Source of the DNA: Minutocellus sp. GHC0000111
Lineage: Eukaryota
Assembly: GCA_977018835.1 (NCBI GenBank)
Contig: OZ361261.1
Coordinates: 1,736,001 to 1,800,000, forward strand
Length of the DNA stretch: 64,000 nucleotides
Reading direction: 5' to 3'
The notes beneath the pieces were generated by a model. That model was not told the origin of the DNA, did no database searches, and saw nothing but the letters and a program-made list of their open reading frames with translations. The position numbers and the translations under genes are program-made. Shown in pieces: positions 44,140-53,738 of this stretch (position 1 is the first letter of the stretch; the number at the start of each line of letters is the position of its first letter).

Positions 44140-45344
44140 CTACGGAAATGGCTCCTCATTGGCAAAATCACTTTCGTTGCATTGCAGACCCTCATACGCC
44201 AGAGCTGTTCTTCGTTCAAATTCCTGCAAGGTAATGGTTTCGTTTTCACCAAGCTCACGAGCGAGCTTCTTGGCCAATCCAATCACCACACAGTCGCTCT
44301 GCGTTTCGTGCTCGGCATCCTTCATAAGCTCTCTCACTCCAGCCTCAATTTCTGCTCGACAAAGAGCCTTGTCTTGCGTCACGTCCATGGCATCGAACAA
44401 TGCCCGTGTGAGCATACCTCCAGTACTGACAGCGTCTCGAACAATGTGATGATTCTCCGATGAGATCATCCATCTCGCATGAGAGCCGCCGTGGGAGGAC
44501 TGGAGCTTGGTGCTGACGGGCTTCCTCGTGGAGCGTTCGAATCGATACAGAATTGGCACTGAATTTGGAACATATATCTGGCTTACTTGGTCTTCCGGTA
44601 CCTCATCGAAATAGGCAATGAGTGATCTAATGGTATTCGCATGCGCTACGACGATAATGGTGCGATCATCGGGCGGTATCGGCAGACCTTCCTCATCGAA
44701 CAGTGCCGGTGCAATTGTGTCCTCAAAGCACCCCATGACGCGCGTTTGACAGTCCGCCAAACTTTCAGTGAGCGGTGCCGGCGGGGGCAAGTAGTATTCG
44801 TGATCCTTCTCCATCGGCGGTGGTCGGCCGAGGAGCGATCGGCGCCATTCCATCACCTTGTCGGCACCGTACTTTTCTGCCAAGTTGGGATCGTTCTTGA
44901 ATAGGCCCTGCACGGCACCATAGTGTCGCTCATTGAGCCTCCAATCGCGACGGATGCGATCACTGCACCATGATTCCTGTTCATGGCCGGCCATTGAGGC
45001 CAGAGTCAATTCACATGTTTCATGCGCTCTGGAGGAGAACGCAACACATACCGACGAGGCCTTGATCCCTCGCGAGCGCATCAATTGACCAGCCGCCACG
45101 GCTTCTACGCGCCCTCTCAGGTGAGCGGAATATCACACCAGCCGGTGAAACGTGCGCTCGGACCATTCCATTGACTCTGACCATGTCGAAGCAGGATGAG
45201 AGTTGAGACGTCTCTTCGTTGGCTGTTGGTGGCAGTGGGGGTATTGGAGGGAGACTGAGCCGAAAACGGACTCGTTCCGGCAACAAAAGAAGGACGAGAT
45301 CGGCACAAAAGCCTCCGACCGACAACTGTAGCGGCGGATGCCAT
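44140..45344 (-). CDS. gpmA: 2,3-bisphosphoglycerate-dependent phosphoglycerate mutase with C-terminal EF-hand-like extension; apparent 1-nt frameshift at ~45120
   Basis: LILLRHGQSQWN..RFTGWCDIPLT (ORF 45117-45344) plus WRLNERHYG and VAHANTIR (ORF 44140-45099). One added base joins them (LT-x-RGRVEAVAAG). Confidence 0.88.
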
Positions 45345-45681
45345 TGCTGGGATGGCACAGAGGACCTGCTGCTAGGCTGCGCAAATCCTTGTTTTATTCT
45401 CGGCACGTTGCTTGCTTCCCTCCTTGAAGAAGAATGACATTGCCGGCACTTCCGCGCACCTGTGACGTTGGTCTGTTGAGCACAAATTAGTCGAACAAGT
45501 CGGATCATTTTTATTTGACTCGCTCGATCCAATCATGCCGTGATCGTCGTCGAACAACGATGAAGATCAAGCCGCCATCTTCTTCTGGCAGGACAGCAAA
45601 GAAGAGCCTGGTAGTACCGGTACAACGCTCACATAAAAAAGAAAAACGCGCCATCTAAACTAATCAATTCTAAGCACAAAC

Positions 45682-45861
45682 ATGCCCGATAAAGGCTTGG
45701 CAAGAATCCTCGCGGCCCTCCTCATGGTTGTGGGAGCCTTTCTGGCGGTGGAAGCCAAGACCGCCATCCCAGACGTGTCGAACATTGATATTGGTTTGAC
45801 TGACAACGACGAGGCCGCATTGTTCGATAGGGACCACCGCGGCGTTGCAATGAACGAATGA
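45682..45861 (+). CDS. Possible 59-aa secreted or membrane peptide
   Basis: Manual translation: MPDKGLARILAALLMVVGAFLAVEA-KTAIPDVSNIDIGLTDNDEAALFDRDHRGVAMNE*. ATG in AAACATG context; below the ORF-track cutoff. Confidence 0.35.
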   Translation: MPDKGLARILAALLMVVGAFLAVEAKTAIPDVSNIDIGLTDNDEAALFDRDHRGVAMNE

Positions 45862-45957
45862 AGAGAAATAAAACCACGAAGCTAGCTGCCTACCTTGTAG
45901 ATCGATATTATAAAGTAGAAATATTATTCATGGAGGGATCCCTATTCAAATTTATTC

Positions 45958-47025
45958 TCATGAAACAATGGGCGTCGTTTGATCACTGCCCCACTCAGCC
46001 CAACTTCCGTCATATATCAAGGTCTTGCTTGGATCACGGCCGCACTCCTCCAACGCCATGGCAACGGTACATGCTGTGACACCACTGCCACACGAGCAGA
46101 TGATCTTCTTGTCCGTGGATACGTCGACACCGCCCTTCTCGAATGCCGCCTTTAACTCATCTGTGCTCTTGAACTTGGTGGAATCGTTAGGATCGAGCAG
46201 GTCAGCGAACGGGACGTTGAAACTTCCCGGCATGTGCCCCCCTCTCATACCTTCTCTTGGCTCCGGTGCTTCGGCTTTGAATCTTGCGGCTCCTCGAGCA
46301 TCGACAACAATCGAGTCAGCCTTGTCTTTCGCATTCACCACTCCCAATACATGTTCCATGTCAACCATTGATGTTGCATCCTTGGCCTGATATTTTGCTT
46401 CCTTTGCCACATCCAAGTCGGCAGCCGATATGGCCTTGGTGGGATCGGTGTCAACAGCCCCCTTCTTGTCCATCCATTCCGCAAGCGAGCCCTGCATCAA
46501 ATGGACTTTATCTTCATCATGGCCCATGGCGCGCAATGTGTAAAAACATCGAGCGGTAAACATGCACCCCTCGGTCCCATAGACAACCAGGTGATCATCA
46601 TTTGATATATCTAATGCATCCATGGCCGCGGCAAATAGGCTCTTGTGAGGCATCATGTGGGGCAGGCCTTTTGGGTTTGCGTTTCCCTTGGTCGAGATGT
46701 CGTCAATATCAAAGAACTTTGCGCCAGATATGCGAGGCCCGGCCTCATAGTCGGCACGACCATCCCGATCGGCCGCCAAATGCCAGCTTCCATCGATGAA
46801 GTTGACATCATCGCTGCCAAAGGCCTCGAGGCAATCTTCAACCGAGACGAGATTTCCAGAGAGAGCCGACAAGGCAGAGGTGGCAGCAGCAGTAGCGGAG
46901 GAGGAGGTAAAGGATCGTCGGGAGGGCGCGGGTGGTGCGGAGTGCCGGAAGGCAAACGCAGCGGCCGATCGAGCACTCGTCGAAAAGATGGAAATCATCA
47001 TTAGGAGGGAAGAGAGGTTGGCCAT
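45958..47025 (-). CDS. MPST: 3-mercaptopyruvate/thiosulfate sulfurtransferase (tandem rhodanese), plastid-type presequence
   Basis: FIDGSWHL, PHMMP, VDARGAARF..PEPR..GHMPGS, active site CGSGVTA and YDGSWAEWG. Signal peptide then AAA-FAF. Confidence 0.92.
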   Translation of the reverse strand: MANLSSLLMMISIFSTSARSAAAFAFRHSAPPAPSRRSFTSSSATAAATSALSALSGNLVSVEDCLEAFGSDDVNFIDGSWHLAADRDGRADYEAGPRISGAKFFDIDDISTKGNANPKGLPHMMPHKSLFAAAMDALDISNDDHLVVYGTEGCMFTARCFYTLRAMGHDEDKVHLMQGSLAEWMDKKGAVDTDPTKAISAADLDVAKEAKYQAKDATSMVDMEHVLGVVNAKDKADSIVVDARGAARFKAEAPEPREGMRGGHMPGSFNVPFADLLDPNDSTKFKSTDELKAAFEKGGVDVSTDKKIICSCGSGVTACTVAMALEECGRDPSKTLIYDGSWAEWGSDQTTPIVS

Positions 47026-47112
47026 GCTAGTGTTTGATTCGTCGGGAGGTACTCGTACAAAAGCAAGAGGAAGGTGCCTTTACCTCATACGTAGCTAGCT
47101 AGCTACTCGACT

Positions 47113-47144
47113 GGCGGACCGGCCGCCGGTGCGGCCGGTCCGCC
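47113..47144. repeat. Perfect 14-bp GC-only-like stem hairpin in the divergent intergenic region
   Basis: GGCGGACCGGCCGC-cggt-GCGGCCGGTCCGCC, adjacent to (TAGC)n at 47092-47105. Confidence 0.85.
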
Positions 47145-47560
47145 GCCTGCTTGGCCTGAAATCAGCGAATCGGGGTGCACCCATCCCCTCAATACTTGAC
47201 AGAGGGCCCATAACCCGAACAAAAAGGGAGAGTTTCACCAGTTTTGGTGACACAAGGCAAGACTCCGATAAGAAATACATTACAAAGAAAAAACATGATG
47301 ATGAGATGCACCAAAATGGAAAAGAGTGTATGGGGCAAAAGACAGAAAATTTTGGAATTTTCCCCTATTTTCACTCCCACACACGCTCGAAGCCACTCAA
47401 ATCACGCGGGCTTTCTGTGCATCGATCGCGAGCGAAGCTTTTTTGACTTGAACAGGCAAGGCTGCCCACAATTCGTCGTCCACCGACCACCGTCATAGAG
47501 AGGATATCCAATCCAATCTCGACCATTATCTTCGAGATTCATCTCAAAACCTTTCCTGTA

Positions 47561-50233
47561 ATGGTATCTTTTACTCGTCTGGCTGTATTGGTCGCCCTGA
47601 GCAGCAGCTATCGTCAGAACCAACCAACCATCGTCGGTGTCAACGGTTTCATCCCACAGACAGCCAATAAAAACAATATGCCCTACTCGGCTGCCAGACA
47701 AATGGTCGCTCAGCCCATTGAAGTGAACGGCAAGACTGCCGAGGATGTTGCCTCGGAAGAGTGAGTCTCTTATGGTGCTGCTGGTATAATTTGCAATGCA
47801 GCACATCTTGTGCCAACATTCTCCATTTCGACAAATTTCTCACATAGATTGCTCGATGCAATTGCAATTGCATTCTGCAAATTCGGCAATGGACACGAAT
47901 CGGCTTCAATCGACCACAGGAAGAAGCAAGATACCGCCGATGGATTCCAAACCATCCCCGCCGGCATCTCTTCGCCTACTGGATACCTCGCTTCGCACGA
48001 TGCCGCCGCCCTCGACTCCGAGCTCATATCGACCACTGGCTTCTCCCGCGAGCAGCTCATGGAGATGACTGGCTCCGCCGTAGCCGAGGCCGTCTACACC
48101 ATCCTCGACGTGTCGTCTCCCATCATCATCGGCCGGAAGAAGATCCTCCTTGTTGCCGGTCCCGGTAACAACGGCGGTGATGGTCTCGTCGCGGCTCGTC
48201 ATTTGGCTCTCTTTGGCTTCGATGTGTCCGTCGTCTACCCCGCCGCCGATACCTCCTCGGAGAAGGCCCATTTGGCCAAGCTGGCCCAGCAGGCCGGTGA
48301 CGTTGGTGTAAACTTCCTCGATGAGTTCCCCAGCCAGAAGGCCATGGACGGAGACTATGCCGTCATCGTCGATGCCATGTTTGGCTTCTCCTTCTCGTCG
48401 GAGCGGGGCATGTCGTCGCCGTATGATGCTATCCTGTCTGATCTCATTTCCACCCAAAAGGGTGATCAGGGTACCAAGATCATCAGTGTCGACGTCCCCT
48501 CCAGCTGGGATGTCGACGGTGGTGACATCCTCGGCACTGGCTTCATGCCCGATGCCCTCGTTAGTTTGACCGCCCCCAAGCTCTGCGCCAAGAACTTTAG
48601 CGGTAGACATTTCGTCGGTGGTCGCTTCCTTAGCCCCACCCTGTCCAAGAAGTATGGCGTCAGGATGCCCCCCTTCGAGGGAGTTTCGCAGGTGATGGAG
48701 GTATCGGAGACCGCATCTGTCGGTGGAGCGGCCGGTGGTGCCGTTGCCGACAGCCTCGAGATGGACTACGCCAGGCGTCTCGCCGCCAAGAATGTGGAGG
48801 TTGAGCACGGCCGTGGACAGTGGGAACACTATGGTGATCTCGAGACCTTCACGGTGAGTTTACAAAATAGCATGCAAATGAATGGGGCGTCTATTTTCCC
48901 CCGCTATTGATTTCAACTAATATCTTGGCTCTCTCGTTTCTTTTCTTATGTTACCGCAATACAGCCCGGCAAGTACCAGATCAAGTGCTTCAATAAGATC
49001 AGTCTCAAGGGCCTCGAGGGATTGACTGGTGACGAAAAGTACGACGTCCGCCCTGATGGCATTGAGGGCGCCAACGCCCACGCCATCCTCCTCCGCTCTC
49101 ACAAACTCAAGGAGGAGGACGTTCCCAAGACCTGCCGTGCCATCGCTCGCTGTGGATCTGGTGTGAACAACATCCCCGTCGCTCGCATGACTGAGCTTGG
49201 CATCCCGGTGTTCAACACCCCCGGTGCCAACGCCAACGCCGTCAAGGAGCTTGTTTTCTGCGGTATGCTCATTGGTTCCCGCCGCATCGTTGACGGAATC
49301 AACCACATGAAGGAGCTCGCTCGCCAGGGAATTGCCAAGGAGCGCGTCGAGAAGGACAAGGCGATGTTTGGGGGCAGGGAGCTCAAGGGGAAGACTCTCG
49401 CTGTTATCGGCCTTGGCAACATCGGAGCTCAAACCGTCCGCGATGCGGCCCTCGCCCTCGGCATGAAGACTGCTGGATACGATCCCTACCTCTCGGTTGA
49501 GAATGCCATGAAGCTACCCAACGACATTTTCCTTGCTGACTCCATCAAGGAAGCCGTCGCCAACGCTGACTACATCTCGCTCAATATTCCGTATATCACC
49601 GGAGAGGGTGGCACGCAAGGTGTGATCAACAAGGAGATTTTGGATTCTATGAAGGACGATGCCGTCCTTCTCAACTTTGCCCGTGGCGAGCTCGTCGATT
49701 CCGATGCTATGAAGGAGTTCCTCGATCGCGGCAATGGTCGGTATATTTCCGACTTCCCCGACGATCTTCTTTGGGATCACGACAACATGATCATCCTTCC
49801 CCATCTCGGTGCTTCCACCGAGGAGGCCGAGGATTGTGCCGCCTCCATGGCCGCCGAGCAGATCCAAGACTTCCTCGAGACTGGTGCGATCAGAAATTCC
49901 GTCAACTTCCCCGCCATTGACCTTCCCGGCCGCGCCGAGCACACTGTCCGATTTACTGTTGTCAGCCACGATGCTCCCGGCATTCTTGGCCACATCAATG
50001 AGGCCTTTGGTGAGGCTGGCCTCAACATTGTGCAAGAAATTGCCAAGACCCGTGGGCCCGTCTCTTACACTGTCCTTGACGTCGATACCAGCGAGTGTGG
50101 CGATGACAATGTTTCCTTGAAGGATGTCCAAGAAAAGATTACCATGCTCAATGGCGTATGTAGTAGTCGTGTCATCTATGGCAAGCCGGGATCGGGTTAT
50201 GCCAAGAATTTGGAAGGCGATTACTTTGTCTAA
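47561..50233 (+). CDS. Fusion protein: plastid-type presequence + NAD(P)H-hydrate epimerase (NAXE/YjeF_N) + D-3-phosphoglycerate dehydrogenase (SerA) with ACT domain; exons 47561-47760, 47848-48853, 48965-50233; 824 aa
   Basis: NAXE motifs QLME, GPGNNGGDGLVAARHL, IVDAMFGFSF, SVDVPS and LTAPK. PGDH motifs ARCGSGVNNI, NTPGANANAVKE, VIGLGNIG, LNFARGELV and PHLGASTEEAE. Two GTGAGT..AG introns join everything in one frame with no stop. Confidence 0.88.
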
Positions 50234-50469
50234 AGAGATGAGTTATCGGCACTTTATTACCGATTGACGAATTACATTTGTTTTGTAGGAGTAGGTAGAT
50301 AGATTTATAAAATGAACAACAGCAAGAGCGCGTATTTTTCATTTATCTGTATCACTATTATCTGATGTATATGTTTTCATCACCGACTGTTTCGACTACA
50401 TGTAAGCAATCTATACTCAAATTTCCTTGCGCGAACGGATGTTCATACGGAGCCTCCAATAAAACTCAG

Positions 50470-50859
50470 TCATATTTCTCGCAGACAGTAATGGTTGTTG
50501 TACTCAAATGGCATGGCAGCCCCTCTTGGTGCCCTCTTCCAGTCTCCGCGTTCTTGCTTGACGTGGGATGCCAATAACCAATTCTGCCCCTTGTGCTGGA
50601 TCGTATAGCCTCGAAGCTGTGCCCCATCGCGAGGCCAGTGATTGTTCGACGCCAGACGAGGACCATTCGGTCGAGGATCGGCACGCCAAAACATGCCTGT
50701 GCATCCCGGTCGAAGCTTGGTCAAGGCGTATTCCTTTGGGCTTTGGTCGGCAAACTCTTTGGAGAGCGGATCTTCGTCGATCTGGGCTTGGGCTTTATTG
50801 TTGTGTTGACTACTTTTGCTGCTTCCTTTTGTACTTGCAGAAGACATGTTGGATCCCAT
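50470..50859 (-). CDS. Small hypothetical protein with N-myristoylation-like start
   Basis: 129-aa ORF starting MGSNMS (MGxxxS), with a globular W/aromatic-rich C-terminal half. Confidence 0.65.
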   Translation of the reverse strand: MGSNMSSASTKGSSKSSQHNNKAQAQIDEDPLSKEFADQSPKEYALTKLRPGCTGMFWRADPRPNGPRLASNNHWPRDGAQLRGYTIQHKGQNWLLASHVKQERGDWKRAPRGAAMPFEYNNHYCLREI

Positions 50860-51591
50860 GGTTGATTTTCTTTCGATGTTTTTGCTGTATCCGAATTTTG
50901 TTGGTTGATTGAAACCGTTGGCGATTTGTTCAATTTGTGAGCCAAATGAATTTCATCGTGCGCGGTAAAGCATCGGATCGATCGGCGGCAGCGCAAGATG
51001 CACGGGTAACTTTGCACGAAACTGCTCGGGCTGTGCTACCGTATCTACGTAGCTACGGGGTCTACGTACGACGTGTGCATCCAAGACACGCCAGACTCAT
51101 CTCAATGCATGCCACCTCAGTTTTTTGTTGACAGGCCGCATCACCAGCAGTCAGCGAGAATCTTGAAAGTGCAGCCGCATCCTCGGTCGGTGTCCAACCA
51201 TTTATTTGCGGACTTGCGGCCCCGAATCCTTTTGCGGAGCCATCACAATTCAGTTTTTGGTATGTTCGTGAAGTGTTTGCGTTTGCGTTGATCATGCAGT
51301 ATCTCTTGTTGCCTCTTCTTGTCCCTCGAGTGCGTTGGGAACGACGCATGCTTGTTCTTTGTGCTGGTCTACTTTTGCGGTAACAATTTCAGACAGCAAA
51401 AGTGACAGTTGAATGCCTTGTCTCTCGCAATCAACGCATCAGAGAAGAGCCTGGCAGATATCCGATTGCGAAGCCCCTTTTTTGCAATTTCATCCTATGT
51501 AGTAGCTAACTGCCCTCTTCTATTTCATCATTTCCTCTCGATCTCACCACTCGCCAGGCGCCTTAGGTCAGGTCTACTTTGAGTTTTCAAG

Positions 51592-53271
51592 ATGCAGGTG
51601 TCGTCCCCAATGCTCCGTGCTCAGAGCGCCAACGTTTTGGCCGCTCCCCTCTCCATCTCCTCCGACGTCAACAATTCGTCAACACCCAGTGATGGAGGAA
51701 TTCTCAGTCCTCACAGCGCCAATACTTTGCCGGTCGAGCCTGTTCTTGCAATCAAGCCTCTCTCCGTTGACGTGGTAAAGGAGGAACAGACGCCGGTCCC
51801 GCTCAATCACCAGAATCTTTCTCGTCTGAGCGACAAGATTTCCATCCCCACTTACGATCGTTCTGCTCTTCGTGCTGGTATTGTCCACATTGGACAAGGG
51901 AACTTCCATCGATCGCACATGGCCAGCTACCTCGATGATCTATTCCACCTCGACTTCGAAAACAACAAGGAATGGGCAATTGTCGGCGGCGGCATTATGA
52001 GCTTTGATGCCGATAAACGCAACCTCCTTCAGTCTCAGGATTGGCTGCAGACTTTGGTGCAGCAAGACGGCGAATCGAGCAAGGCCAAGGTTATTGGCTC
52101 AATGATCGACTTCCTACCCGTCGATGCCGATGGACGTAGCCTCCTCGCCGCCATGACCAGCCCCGACATCAAGATTGTTTCGCTCACCGTCACTGAGGGA
52201 GGATATTTCCTCAACAATGGTGCATTCGATCCCAACCACTCTCAGATTCAGCATGATATCAACAATCCTGATCATCCCAAGACGTGCTTCGGTATGCTGA
52301 TCAAGGCCCTGCGAATCCGCCAGCAAGCAGGTCTGCAGCCGTTCACCGTCCTTTCCTGCGATAACATCCCTCACAACGGCCGTGTCGTTCAGAGCGTCCT
52401 CCTCGGCATCGCCTCGGCCATTGATCCCGTCTTTGCTCAATGGATGAAGGAAAATGTTGCCTGCCCCAATAGCATGGTCGATCGCATTACATCTGGTACC
52501 ACCGATAAGCAGCGCCAGTACTGCCGAGAAGAGTTGGGATGCGAAGATGCCGCTCCCATCTTTTGCGAGCCATATCGCCAGTGGGTCCTCGAGGACAACT
52601 TCCCGCAGGGAAGACCCAATCTTGAAATGTTGGAGAATGTGACTTTTGTCCCCGACGTTGCTTCCTACGAATTCATGAAGATTCGTATCCTCAATGGTGG
52701 TCATGCCTCCCTCTGTTATCCGTCGGCGCTCTTGGGTGTCAAGTACGTTCACGAAGCCATGGAACACCGCACAATCCGGCCATTCCTCGATGCTCTCGAG
52801 CGCGACGAGATCATCCCCACAGTCGGCCCAGTCCCCGACACCTCGCTTCCTGGATATTACGACCTGATTGCCAGCCGATTTGCCAATCCCACCATTTGCG
52901 ATACCATCACACGCATCTGCTTTGGTGGCGGGTCAAACCAACCCAAATTCACAATCCCGGTGGCTGCTGATAATCTCAATGCCGGTCGCAAGGTCGATGG
53001 CATTGCCTTGGTCTCGGCCATGTGGTGCAAGTACTGCCAGGGCAAGACGGAGGCTGGCGATGACATTGCCGCCAATGATCCTCAGTGAAATCGTCTTCAG
53101 GCCATCGCCCTTCAGGCCAGTATCAACCCTCAGCACTGGCTCACATCTTTGCCGGATGTGTACGGCTCCATTGGCAACAACCCCACGTTTGCAGCGAGCT
53201 TTGCCAAGGCTCTCCAAACCATCCAGAACGAGGGAGCCGAGGCTGCAATGAAGCAGTACATCTCTGCATGA
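51592..53271 (+). CDS. Mannitol 2-dehydrogenase family (long-chain polyol dehydrogenase), interrupted by in-frame TGA at 53086-53088
   Basis: GIVHIGQGNFHRSH, VSLTVTEGGY, VLSCDN, PNSMVDRIT and KIRILNGGH. The same frame continues 60 codons past the TGA to a stop at 53269-53271. Confidence 0.9.
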
Positions 53272-53738
53272 TGCCGACGGTGTTATTTTTGTTCCAGGGA
53301 GGGGATAGATTTGGCCATTTCAAGAAGCCATCTATTTACCAACATTTCATTCAATTCATCAGTTCGGTTCATTTTTGTCTGTCAGCAGCCACGAGAAGAT
53401 ATATCATTTTAGAGCTACATGTATTTAGCAGATAGAGGTGTCATAGCAGCTAATCATAAATAGTACCTTTTATCGCATCTTAATGTGTGCCGGCACTGCG
53501 ATAGATCTACTTCCAGATCTCTTGCTTCGTCTGGAATTCAGATCTCCAAGCAATCAGCCCGAACAAAACTTCGAACCGGGATCGGCGAAGTTTAAAACCC
53601 ACATTACTCTTAGGGTAACCTAATAATCCGCACTCGAGGCAGAACGACACAAGATGTGTTGGTTCACAGTGGAGGATACGACGAGGCCATCCGCCGCCAG
53701 GTAATCTTTTCCCATGCCATAACACCCCACCGCACCAA

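Noticed and set aside
45100..45130. Programmed ribosomal frameshifting in gpmA and the other split genes
   Set aside because: There is no consistent slippery heptamer or stimulatory structure. Lesions vary in sign and many fall in homopolymers, which fits sequence error or mutation better.
47810..50233. Two independent genes (NAXE 47810-48910 and PGDH 49022-50233) as listed in the ORF track
   Set aside because: The ORF-track starts are non-ATG codons. The PGDH frame extends upstream to a CAG acceptor at 48964, and a phase-matched GTGAGT donor at 48854 joins the two.
53086..53088. Alternative genetic code (UGA=Trp) or selenocysteine
   Set aside because: Other genes here use TGG for Trp and end cleanly at TGA (e.g. 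3445, 6985). The position is not a Cys-equivalent site and I see no SECIS.
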